Assembly: GCF_020745735.1 (NCBI RefSeq)
Contig: NC_083422.1
Location: 16,058,001-16,122,000, forward strand
Source: Hemiscyllium ocellatum
Taxonomy: Eukaryota
Direction of reading: 5' to 3'
Length of the DNA: 64,000 bases
Part shown: piece by piece, positions 38,407 through 50,332 of the stretch
Numbering within the stretch: position 1 is the stretch's first letter
Layout of the letters: each line of letters begins with the position of its first letter
Program-made: the position numbers and the translations under genes
Notes under the pieces: generated by a model
What the model saw: the letters and a program-made list of their open reading frames with translations, nothing else
The model's database searches: none
Told to the model about the DNA's origin: nothing

Positions 38407-39230
38407 TTAGCTTTAAAACTACAGGAATTCAATCAAAAGGAGGAAGCATCCACATGAGTTGAGCGAGCGTGGCAGAGGTCCCCATGTCATCCATATGTAC
38501 TTTGTTATGCAGCAAAGTTTTACTGAAAATTCAGTAATAAAGACAAATCATTAATGCTGCTGAGGAAAGCATTAGCAATTACCCCAAATGCTGCCTTCCT
38601 GTACCATCAAATAGGTCTATGTTACAAAAGCAAGCTATTGCACATAAAGCTTCAAACAGAAATAACCCTCACAATTCTACCAATGGAAAGAAAATGGAGT
38701 TGATTAATCAATGCAAGTACTATTTTTAAAAAACAGTTAAGCTCATGCAATCATTTATTAATCCACAACCGCATCTTGCAGTAATATATTCAATAAATGA
38801 AGAGCTTCCAGAAGCAGAGAAGATCTACAGTGATCTATTGAAACTGGAAGATATTTGTCCCGAGATTAAGCAAGCGATACGTTTGCAGGTTGGGTTATTC
38901 GAACTGAATGTGAAAAAATCCAAACCCACTGCTATCATCCACTTTGAGGAAGTAATGCAAGTGAACTATGATTCACTGGAAAGAGAAAGGTGTCGAAAAA
39001 TCTTGGAGCAGATAGCGGAACGCTGATTTCGCTGCAATCCCAGAGACAGTAAGGCCTTTGGCCTTCTCGGGTTCAAGTATATGGGAAGCATCATGACGCT
39101 ATTGAATACCATAAAAAATACCTTGGAGTTTGATCCTGGCAAGGAAGAATATCTAAGTGCTCTTTGTGAATTATGTCTTTCCATCGAGGTCAGAAATAAC
39201 CACTCCAGTGAAATACGTCCTTCCATTTAA
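38407..39230 (+). pseudogene. IFIT pseudogene (C-like), 3' portion of exon 2
   Basis: LALKLQEFNQKEEAST*VERAWQRSPCHPYVLCYAAKFY*...FLYHQIGLCY...DSKAFGLLGF...DPGKEEYLSALCELCLSI. Stops at 38455, 38524, 38727 and 39024 plus frameshifts. The N-terminal ~215 codons and the acceptor are missing. Confidence 0.9.
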
Positions 39231-39919
39231 CTTAGCAGTGACATTTCCAGATAAAACTAAAGATGAATTAATACTCTATTCTTCTGGTACCCACTTTACT
39301 TTCATTCTCCTTAGAACTTTTCAATTAAGGGTTTTACCCATGTGTTTTTAATTTTCAAGCTAGAATCTGACTGCAATTATTCTAAACTCTCATGCTTTGT
39401 TCATGATATGCTGACCACACTGGTGAATTCACCCAGTCGCATTTGTTTTCTTATTCTTAAACATTTTGTTGTGTGTGGAAAGAGACAAAATATAGGGGTT
39501 TGGGGGAATTTGAATATATCGCACCGATCAAACAGTTTCAAAAGATATATATAAAATATAGAAATTTTATAAAACAATTAGAAATAGTAGCTGGGCCGGA
39601 TTTTAAATCCAGTTAAGTATTGGAGCAGTGTTAATGGAAACATTCTCTATTTGCTGCGTGAATCAGGCTCTGGGTAATAACCAAGCCTCATTCTTTGTAT
39701 CACCAGTCTATATTCAGTACGTGCTGCATGCAGAGAGATATTTTAGAGGAATCTGTCAAAGGGGTTTATAGGTCAATCTACAGTTTATTAGTCCTGATTA
39801 GTTTCAAGACCCATTCAACGTACAAGAATGTTTTCACACAAGTCTTCCAAAATTGATTAAGTCTCTCTAAACAAGTACAAAAAAATTACACTTACTAAAA
39901 ACAGACGTTTGTAAGGTAA

Positions 39920-40505
39920 CAATACTATCGCTTAAAGAGATGTATTTTGTCCTGTTTTCTTTAATGAAGAGAGACTGAGGTAGAGATGCTGAGTGGACTA
40001 CTCCAAGTCAGTAAACAATAGAAACAGCATGAATGGATGGAAAGAGGCTCCCACGGAACCAGGATTTCAGTTTTAGCTTTCAGCAGTTGCTGGGGTCTTG
40101 AAACTGGATGTGGAAGCTGTTATTCCTCTCATTGTTACAATGAAAAGCTGGGGTTCTCTCTCAAGCCAGAATTGCATGTGGGATAATCTATTTTACTGAA
40201 TTTGCCTTTGCCAAGGGTGTGTGTATGCGATGTTACTATATTGGAACAGTTGTTGTTTGTATTTATATAATCTATTATTTTGTTCTGTTTTCTAGTAGAG
40301 CTAAATTTTGACCAATTTTTCTGTCTTTTGCTTGTATTTTAACTATATGGTATGAATAAAGTATGTTTCGCTTAAAGCCTAGTAGTGTGACCAATTGAAT
40401 TACATCTGGCACACAGCACCTTATATATGCCTTTAAATAAGATAAAAGCTAGGGTCCAGGTTAATTATTTGATATATTTGCGGGAGATTTTGTCCGGTCC
40501 ATAAC
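39920..40505 (+). mobile_element. Solo LTR related to 11758-12620
   Basis: Shared blocks (gatgttactatattg, aattacatctgg, ctagggtccagg, ggtccataac). Confidence 0.55.
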
Positions 40506-41164
40506 TATAAGTTGTTCCATTTTGGGATATGATCCCAACTGGAGACACTTGTTGACTGGTTACATGTCTCTTGTTCTATTGTGTTGACTGGAGTTCTCCT
40601 TCTGTCTTTGTTCTTCCTTTCTTGTGCACTGAACTATCTAGAATTATAATTTAATAACCTTGGTCAGCCATTTTGCCCTGTGTAAGTTCAGAGACATTCT
40701 GAACTCTAAGTAGTTTGCCAATGTATGGGTACTAGATGATCAATCTCAGATTGCTTAAAATGTGTATACCAAATTCCCAACTAGTTTCTTTGAAGATATA
40801 GGTCACCTTATTGATATCACTTCCTATTGTCTCCCGATCAATTCATTCATGTGCTATCCACTTTGTGAGATCATCCCTTTGGCAATAAGTTGTCTTTATC
40901 AATCTACCAACATTTTCCACCTTTCTTGATAAGTAGAACAATATGACTTGAGTATAGTGTGATTAACCATCATCCTAAATGATGCATCGAAATACACTTC
41001 AAAACCTATCAATATCATTTATCTCAAAGAACCGGATTTGATGACTCTACAATAACTGTAGCTTCCTAAAACAAACTAAAGCTCAAAATAGCCATAAAAC
41101 TTAATGTTTAAAGATTTGTTGCATATTTTAAAGTTACAAAGCTAAGCCATCAAATACATGGCCA

Positions 41165-41405
41165 GACATCACATGACACCAGATTATAGTTCAACAAGTT
41201 TATTTGAAATCATAAGCTTTCAGAGAGCTGCTAGCATCAGCTAATGAATGAGCAGCACTCCGAAAGCTTGTGATTTCAAATAAACCTGATGGACTATAAC
41301 CTGGTGTCATGTGACTTCTGATCTGGTCCATCCCATCCAAGCTGAAAATGTGTTGCTGGAAAAGCGCAGCATCTCCATCCCAGTCCAACACTGGCACCTC
41401 CATAT
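41165..41405. mobile_element. Palindromic Penelope-pLTR-derived mini-element (family of 60009)
   Basis: cacatgacaccagattatag ... ctataacctggtgtcatgtg are inverted arms; the tail cagtccaacactggcacctcca is shared with the 60009 element. Confidence 0.7.
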
Positions 41406-41962
41406 CATCAAGTAAAACATTGCTGGATCTTTGTATCTTTTACCTTAAAGCATTCTCACATTTCTAATACAAGGGTTACATTAACATAAGTTATAAAAGC
41501 AGCCATAAATCCATTAATTCATGCCTTTATTTTTGATTCAAGCCAAATAGTTATTTTTCCTTTGCAAAAATAGTTTTACAAATAACCAAAGTTAAGCAGA
41601 ATCTAATTTATAATAACTCAGTCCCACAGCTATATAAAGGGGCTTGGCTGAAAAGGTTGTTACCTGATTGTGTGCAAAGTAATGAAGTAACAGGAATAGC
41701 ACACCAAAAGGGGACATAAAGACTGGAAGAAAAGTCATAGGTCACAGGCAAAGCCTGCAAGTCACTCACAGGAACAGAAAGTTGGAAATGCATCATCTGG
41801 AAGCAACTGCACAATAACTTCACAAAATGAGTGGGACCATACCAGGAGTAAGTTACTGCCACTTTTTCTACAGGAATGGAGTTTGCAACACATTTTTTGA
41901 GGCCCCACAAGAGGCAAAGGTGCAACCATGTCATCGCTCATTAACCAATGATAACTATCTGC

Positions 41963-42225
41963 CCTCCCGACTCAGGCGACTGACTGTGTGGAGTTTGCAC
42001 ATTCTCGCCGTGTCTGCGTGGGTTTCCTCCGGGTGCTCCGGTTTCCTCCCACAGTCCAAAGATGTGCAGGTTAGGTGAATTAACCATGCTAACTTGCTAG
42101 GTGAAGGATAAATGAAGGGTGTGGGTGGATTGCGCTTCGGCGTGTCGGTATGGACTTGTTGGGCCGAAGGGCCTGTTTCCACACTATAAGTAATCTAATC
42201 TAATCTAATCTAATCTAATCTAATC
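41963..42225 (+). mobile_element. 5'-truncated HE1 SINE with (TAATC)n tail
   Basis: Family sequence and pentanucleotide tail. Confidence 0.85.
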
Positions 42226-42569
42226 AATTCTCACTTCATCCAGAGGTCAGGAATTGCCAAAGAATGCAAATAACAAATTATGAGCATTCAAAGAATTATA
42301 TTTTCACCACTGACACATTGTAATGTGAACTCAACCAATCTTATTGTGACAAGGCACATTAAGCAAAACCTCATGTCCCCAACAATTGGCACCAGTAATT
42401 TATAACAAGTACTGGAAAACTGCGGCCATATTCTCTCGCAGAAAACTAATTCTACAAGGACATAAGCTGTGAAGTGGAAGGCGGTTGGTGACATGGAGAA
42501 TGTTTCATTGGATAGATTCCTATTCCCAACAGAATTGAAATGGTTTTCTTGTCACAAAATCACAGAAAA

Positions 42570-42915
42570 GTGGAGAAAGTTGTCATTTGGCCTACTGAAT
42601 CCACGCTGACCATCCAAACAGCATGCCATACAAACTCACCTCTGCACTCCCCCACTCTATCCCTCAAGATCCCAGATTTCCCATGGCCAACCCACCTAGC
42701 TTGCGCATCCCTGAACACTATGGGAAATTTTGCATGGTTTAGCCACTTAACCTGCACATCTTGGACTGTGGGAGGAAACCGGAGCACCAGGTGTAATCCC
42801 ATGCAGACACAGAAGAAGGTGCAAAGTCCAGCAAACATTCGACAAAGGGTAGTATCAAACATGGGTTCCTGGTGCTTTAAGGCAGCGATGCAAACCACTA
42901 AACCACCACGTCCAC
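42570..42915 (-). mobile_element. Diverged HE1-type SINE
   Basis: V-domain ggactgtgggaggaaaccggagcacc. Confidence 0.7.
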
Positions 42916-42949
42916 CATGTATTTGGAAGGACACATAACTCAGAGATCC

Positions 42950-43260
42950 TTATCATAGCATGACTATGACCTCCTTGGGAACATTGATGCAACATTATGT
43001 GAGATCAGAACATTGAGCTTGGTTGTTAAGGATCTGAGGGCTCAGGCAACCTTCAAAGACAATCACTGCAACATTTCCCTCAGATTCTCTGCCATTGTGG
43101 CAGGCCATAGTGGAACAGACCTCCTGAAGACAAGATTTCAATACCTGGACCATTCTTGCAGGGCCCAACAGGAGAGCTCAGACAGGGTGTCGGACATCAT
43201 TGTGATATGCAGCACATTTCACAATTTGAGCTGTCAAAGAATGGATGTCTTGGATATGGT
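42950..43260 (+). mobile_element. PIF/Harbinger transposase C-terminal relic
   Basis: LLKTRFQYLDHS...DRVSDIIVICSTFHNL resembles LLKxRFRCLD...IIVACCILHN. Confidence 0.55.
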
Positions 43261-43429
43261 TGGAATGGGAGAGCAAGAGCAATCCACTGAGAATTTGAAT
43301 GACACTAAGCCTCAGGGCATCAATCAGAAGAGGTATCTAAGAGGGAAAGACAGGGGAAGACAAAGAAATAATTCAGAATGTCTGAGAGGCCAGAGATAAC
43401 CTTATTGCTACCTGCTTTGAGACTGCCTG

Positions 43430-45620
43430 AACTGGGTAAAAACAATGACTGCAGATGCTGGAAACCAGATTCTGGATTAGTGGTGCTGGAAAAGGACAGC
43501 AGTTCAGACAGCATCTGAGGAGCAAGAAACTCGATGGTTCGGGCAAAAGCCCTTCATCAGGAATACAGATAGAGTGCCTGGAGGGTGGAGAGATAAATGA
43601 GAGGAGGGTGGGGATGGGGAGAAAGTAGCATAGAGTACAATAGGTGAGGAGGAGAGGGGATGAAGGTGATAGCTCAGGGAGGAGGGTGGAGTGGATAGGC
43701 GGAAAAGAAGATAGGCAGGTAGAACAGGTCATGGGGACAATGCTGAGCTGGAAGTTTGGAACTGGGGTGAGGTGGGGGATGGAGAAATGAGGAAACTGTT
43801 CAAACCCACATTTGTGGGCGGCACGGTGGCACAGTGGTTAGCACTGCTGCCTCACAGCGCCTGAGACCCGGGTTCAATTCCCGACTCAGGCGACTGACTG
43901 TGTGGAGTTTGCACGTTCTACCCGTGTCTGCATAGGTTTCCTCTGGGTGCTCCGGTTTCCCCCCACAGTCCAAAGATGTGCGGGTCAGGTGAATTGGCCA
44001 TGCTAAATTGCCCGTAGTGTTAGGTAAGGGGTAAATGTAGGGGTATGGGTGGGTTGCGCTTCGGCGGGTCGGTGTGGACTTGTTGGGCCAAAGGGCCTGT
44101 TTCCACACTGTAAGTAATCTAATCTAATGCCCTGGGGTTGAAGTGTTCCGAGGCGGAAGATGAGGCATTCTTCCTCCAGGCGTCTGGTGGTGAGGGAGCG
44201 GCGGTGAAGGAGGCCCACGACTTCCATGTCCACGGCTGAGTGGGAGGGGGAGTTGAAATGTTGGGCCACAGGGCGGTGTGGTTGAATGGTGCGGGTGTCC
44301 TGGGGATGTTCCCTAAAGTGCTCTGCTAGGAGGTGTCCAGTCTCCCCAATGTCGAGGAGACCACACTGGGAGCAACGGATACAATAAATGATATTGGTGG
44401 GTGTGCAGGTAAAACTTTGTAAAAGGCTCCTTTAGGGCCTTGGATGGAGGTGAGGGAGGAGGTGTGGGTGTAGGTTTTGCAATTTCTGCGGTGGCAGGGG
44501 AACATGCCAGGACGGGAGGGTGGGTTGTAGGGGGGCGTGGACCTGACCAGGTAGTCACGGAGGGAACGGTCTTTGCAGAAGGTGGAAAGGGATGGGGAGG
44601 GAAATATATCCCTGATGGTGGGATCTGTTTGGAGGTGATAGAAATGCCGTTAGATGATTTGGTTTATGTGAAGGGTGGTAGGGTAGAAGGTGAGCACCAG
44701 GGACGTTCTGTCCTTGTTACAGTTGGAGGGGTGGAGTCTGAGGGCGGAGGGGCGGGATGTGGATGAGATGTATTGGACCACGTGAGAAGGGAAATTGTGG
44801 TCTCTAAAGAAGGAGGCCAGCTGGTGTGTTCTGTGGTGGAATTGGTCCTCCTGGGAGCAGATACGGCAGGGGCGGAGGAATTGGGAATACGGGATGGCAT
44901 TTTTGCAGAGGTACGTGGGAAGACGTGTAATCCAGGTAGCTGTGGGAGTCGGTGGGTTTGTAAAAAATGTCAGTGTCAAGTCTGTCGTCATTAATGGAGA
45001 TGGAGAGGTCCAGGAAGGAGAGGGAGGTGTCAGAGATAGTCCAGGTAAATTTAAGGTCAGGGTGAAATGTGTTGGTGAAGTTGATGAATTGCTCAACCTC
45101 CTCACGGGAGCACGAGGTGGCACCGATGCAGTCATCAATGTAGCGGAGGAAGAGGTGGGGAGTGGTGCCAGTGTAATTAAGGAAGATGGGCTGTTCTACG
45201 TAGCCAACAAAGAGACAGGCATAGCTGGGGCCCATACGGGTGCCCATGGCCACCCCTTTGGTCTGGAGGAAGTGGGAGGATTCGAAGGAGAAATTGTTAA
45301 GGGTGAGGACCAGTTCGGCCAAACGAATGAGAGTGTCGGTGGAAGGGTATTGTTGGGGACGTAGGGAGAGGAAGAAACAGAGGGCTTGGAGGCCCTGGTC
45401 ATGGCGGATGGAGGTGTAGAGGGATTGGATATCCATGGTGTAGATGAGGCATTGGGGGGGGCCAGGGAAACAGAAGTCTTGGAGGAGGTGGAGGGCGTGG
45501 GTGGTGTCTCGAATGTATATGGGGAGTTCCTGGACTAGGGGGGATAGGATAGTGTCCTGGACTAGGGGGAATAGGACAGTGTACTGAACTATGGGGGATA
45601 GGACAGTGTACTGGTTTCAA
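43430..45620 (-). mobile_element. Penelope-like element (RT plus GIY-YIG), 5'-truncated and frameshifted, pLTR at ~43430-43760
   Basis: MDIQSLYTSI...QTKGVAMGTRMGPSYA...FLRYIDD...FLD...YKPTD is the PLE RT. NIIYCIRCSQCGLLDIGET near 44390-44335 is GIY-YIG. Confidence 0.9.
43814..44127 (+). mobile_element. HE1 V-SINE nested in the Penelope-like element
   Basis: Full-length young copy interrupting the PLE 3' region. Confidence 0.9.
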
Positions 45621-46224
45621 ACCTTTGATACATATTTAGTTACTCACCTGGCAGACTGACCCTTGTTTAGTATAAAGGACATAACTTTGTGTCTTGTAGA
45701 TTAAATGTTGCATAATCTATGTTACCTTCTTATGTTCTACCTTCAGTGAGAACATGTCAATAGTTATGCATAAATCTGCTCCACATCACCATGAAAGCAG
45801 AAGAGACAGTAAAATCCAGTAAGAGACAGTAAAAGTGATATATGTGTCAAAGCATCTGTGTGGATGTGACATGAGTGATCCGTAGACCAATCCCTCACAA
45901 GAGCCACTGGGTTGAACTGAATCCTGAGGAATCTCCCTTTTGGGGAATTCCTGATCCATACCCCTTCAACGCTCAGAGATGACATAGACTGTAATCTTTG
46001 CCTTGAAATGCATGAACACGCAGGACCTTGGAAACCCGAAGGTCCTAGCATCGTCAATTTCTCCATCTCAGTCTCCATGCAATCAGTCAAATGATGCACT
46101 CATCATCTCACTCACAAAATAGTGAGGTGTGAGGCGTGTGCTCGCATGGGATAACTCACCTCAGATCAAAACAAAAATGACATCACAAACCCAGTTTGTC
46201 ACCATTTTTTTAACTTTCAAGGAA

Positions 46225-46555
46225 TCAAAGAATCCCTACAGTGTAGAAACAGGCCTTTCAGCCCAACAAGTTAACGCTGACCCTCTGAAGGGTAACCCAC
46301 TCATTCCCCTAACTTATTATCCTATATTTGCCCTTGAATAATGCACCTAACTTACACATCCATGAACACTATGGTCAATTTAGCACAGCCAGTTCACCTA
46401 ACCTGCACATCTTTGGACCATGGGAGGACACCAGAACACCCAGAGGAAACCCACAAAGACATAGGGAGAACGTGCAAACTCCACACAGACTGGAATTAAA
46501 CCTGGGTCCCTGGTGCTGTGAGGCACCAGTACAACCCACTGAGCCACCATGCCCC
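46225..46555 (-). mobile_element. HE1-type SINE
   Basis: Family sequence. Confidence 0.75.
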
Positions 46556-49500
46556 TCCTGTGGGATAAATGGATAAACAATAAATGGGATAATCTGGTCA
46601 ATGCCTGAGGAACACAGGAAAGATAGGAACATTAGAACAGGAGTAGCCCATTCAGCCCCTCGAGGCTGTTACACCATTCAATGAGATCTGTGGCTTTGGC
46701 CTGTATCCCTTCATATCTTCACTTAACAAAAAATTATCCATTTCAGATGTAAAGATTTAGACGTCAGTGAAATTGAGAATGCCTCCAGGAAGGGGCAAAT
46801 AAAGTGGTACAATTCCAGCCATTCTGTCAGCTTTGGTATTAGGCAGGGGAATTACCTTAGGGGTAAAAACTCAAAAGATATAATCCAGAGAAAAGCAAAA
46901 TACCCAAAAGGCCTGTTCTGTGCTGTACATTTCTATGTTCTATTGTCCTGTACGGTTCAAAAACCTGAAAGAACCTTCAGGATGAACAGGAAGACAATGA
47001 TTTTACTGAAAGCAAGGCCAGCAAATGCGTGTGAGTGCCGTAAATTATATGACAGGGAGAGCAGACCTACATCAACTCAATCACAGAACGGTAAAGGGTA
47101 ACGGAAGTGTTAGAAGGAGTTTCCTTCAGCAATCATGTGACCCAAACCTGGGCATGTAAGGAAAGATCCACAAAGACTGTCCATCTGATATTTGATCTTG
47201 TAGGGAATGACATTTTTGTGTTAACAACCAAGCAGTAAACTGATGAGGGTTCATTTTCTGTCTCGAGAGAAGAGATAAAGATGGGAGTTTTGCAGATATA
47301 GCAAATCAGAAACAACCAAGCTTACCCTTACTGGGACAGTCAGTTCTGTAATGCTCCACCTGAACAAAACAATTTTCAATGGACACTGTGGGATTGTGGT
47401 GATCCTTGATTGAAATCTGGGAGTAATTCAGGACTTTGATGCTACAGTTTTGCTGGTAAGGCGCTCTAAAGCAAAGTTCGTGTGAAAGTACCTTTTCCTT
47501 ATTTTGGTGTGCTAGGTGATGAAAACTAACACTTAGTCTACATTGAATTTAGTTTACTCGTAAAAGAAAATTGTAAAATGTGAAATCTCGTCATTTGGTT
47601 ATAACTGATGTTTCATCTCTTTTTGGAAGTCGATCCTGACAATAAGAGAGGGAATGACTAAAACAAAGATAAGGGTAAGAGGCTCTAACTATTTGGGATG
47701 ATCTTGCTTCAAGTGAATTCCATTGCCCTGAGAACTAAACACTAACTGGCTGAGGAGTTGAATAGTTACCATATTGTGACGAACTTCAACTCTTGCTTGT
47801 ATGTTTGGATATATGCTCAATAGTGTATGTCATCCTAAAAGTCACTGCTGTTAGATTTCTTAGGGATGTGCTTGCTGCCGGTCTGATATCTGAAATTATA
47901 TCCTAGAGACATTGACTCCCTGCTTGGACACAAACTCATAGGCAATGGACTCAGACCAGTCTCTCACTGAGAGGTTGATTGTTTATGTAGAGACCAGCGA
48001 CTGTAGTGGGTTATTTAACCACATGGGACACCACACTACTGTCCAACCTCATCCTCCAACAGCCAACCACAGCTACTTCCCAGATTTCCAAACCTAGGGA
48101 AGTAGTAAAATCTCCTCAAAACTTCCCATAAAAACCTGAAGTAGCCTGTTGAGAACTCCACACCCTTTTTGGCAACCTGTTTGCTGCATTTCCTTTAGTG
48201 CGGCATTGATAATGTGATAACATTTTGTTTTAATATTTTGAATGAAAAAGAAGGAAGATTGGTTCAATTTTATGTCAAATTCTTCTCTAATTCCATTTGG
48301 GAGTTAGTGCAAATTTTATATTTTCATAATCCTCAGCAGCAGCAGGGAATCTATTACTGAGAGAAATAAAAATTTTCAGTTAATTTCCCTTTGTCTTTAA
48401 GGAAATGCCAAAGATAGAAACAGAATTGTGAACCCATCTCCATCGGTGGAAAATCATTGCAGTCTAGGCTCCAGGAGACATGCCTCATTGATAAGTGGGA
48501 CTTGTGTTGATGGAATCAGTGTGTGTAATGGTGAGGTCTTAATGATTCTGTACCCTTTAGATCATCACAGCTTTTGTCCCTTCACAGAGTTCTCTTTGAC
48601 TAAGATGGCTCTAATTTCCACTCACAGCTTTTACACAAGTTGCCCTGTGTTGACCAGAAGGAACTGTGGCAGTTTTCCAAATGGTGACAATTGTCTGGAA
48701 ACATGACAAACTGCTAGAAATAATTTTTCTAATTTAATTAATTTAATTTAATCCCCATTATAGGTTAATACAGTGCGCACACACATGTTTTCATTCACCC
48801 ACATCAACAATGGAATGCAAGCAATTGCTGATAATACAATTACAACAAAATTCCATTTGGCAAATCAATATCAGCAGCATTGTGTTATACTCTTTTAAAT
48901 GCATTTTTCTATCTTCTAGCCTTCCCCATCCCCGTTCCTGCTTTTTCCTTCTCCCAGACTGCGTCAGTCTGCAGTAAATGGCCTTTCCTCGGGGATTGTC
49001 CCAGCTGCTCTGTGTTGGCCAATCAGGGCCTCAGATGGTTTGCTGAAGGCTTGGTGAAGCTGACAACGTCCAGGACAGGGAGACTCCGAGTGAAAGGGGC
49101 TCAGATCTGAGTGAACGCTCTGGAGGGGATGTCCCATCACCTCTCAGCAAATCCTCAGGGACACAGAATTGAGCTGTTGGTTCATTTGAGGGGTCTGCAG
49201 TGATTATTGGCCCTCTCCCAACTGTCACATTTGGGAACCCTTTCACCCAATGGGATCCTTTCTGTGAAAAGGCAGCAAGTGAAGAGGGGTTTTATTCCAG
49301 TCTCTAGAGGCTGGATTGGATATTGTGAACACACCATCATCACCATCGAAAGAGGAGCAGTCACATGCTCAAACTATCACTGAGACCAATGGTGCTTTCA
49401 CCTAAAGTGTACTGTTCCTATAATAAAGTGTTCAGCATCATGATAAAGCACATATTTTCATCTATATTTGGATTTCAGTTTAACTCACTGTGATCCAGAC

Positions 49501-50160
49501 CACGCTAGAACTCAATGGGGGTGAGTTTAGACCAAGCAACTTGTGGGAAATGGGGTGAAGCTGTGTGGGGTCCTCAATAACATCCAGAGCCTGGGGTTCG
49601 GTGATATTCATGAGCCCTGACTATGATGGTAACTCTATCTAGAGCAGGGGGGCACTGCTTTTTCTTTTCCCACTGAAGCAGCTCTGAAGAGGAACAGGAT
49701 ATCAGGAGGATGAACGGTTGTACATTCATTTGACCAGGAAGTCTGGTCCCAACTTTAAAGGGTTAAGGCTCCAGTATCCCAGAATCTCGATGTTTTCCCA
49801 TTTCTAATCAATGGAAACCTGCCAAAATTTTCATCAATCCACTAGCCTGGCTTTAAACATGCTCGGCCTGATTTTTACAGCAAAGGATATGTTTTGAACT
49901 GCCCTCATAGCACAAAATCAATCTGGTGTCATATTCATTATTGTTATTGTGTTAGCTTCTCAAATTCAGAATAATGATTGCATTTGTATCCAATTCACTC
50001 AACTCAAATTCCAAACTCACTGTACTGTATTTTGTTTCTCCTCACACACAACTAAATCTCTAAAGCTGCAGAAATCAAATAATGTTTGGTTCGATCGCAT
50101 GCGAGCAATATTCCACTAAGAAGCGACAGGACTTGGAATATTTTTAACTGGAATGATTAT

Positions 50161-50190
50161 TTAAGATATTATGCATGCATAATATCTTAA
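50161..50190. repeat. Perfect 30-bp palindrome TTAAGATATTATGCATGCATAATATCTTAA
   Basis: Self-reverse-complementary, checked base by base. Lies 142 nt past the IFIT C stop. Confidence 0.95.
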
Positions 50191-50332
50191 TTTTAAAGGA
50201 AGTGCTTGCAGAATAGAAATGAAAAGGTCCCCAGCAGAAGTTCTGAAAAAATATTCATCCTTTCCAAATATGTTTGCTTGGCAAGTCATTGTTGATCTCA
50301 GTAGGAAGGTAGAATTCAAAGACAGTAGATCT

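Noticed and set aside
43525-43565. Functional hammerheads at 43530, 61250 and 11355
   Set aside because: The cores are mutated (GAAC, AAAA and CUGGUGA respectively).
43814-43890. tRNA genes
   Set aside because: The A/B boxes belong to HE1 SINE heads and continue into the V-domain and LINE-derived tail.
44650-45436. Active or domesticated reverse transcriptase
   Set aside because: 5'-truncated, frameshifted near 44900, and interrupted by a SINE.
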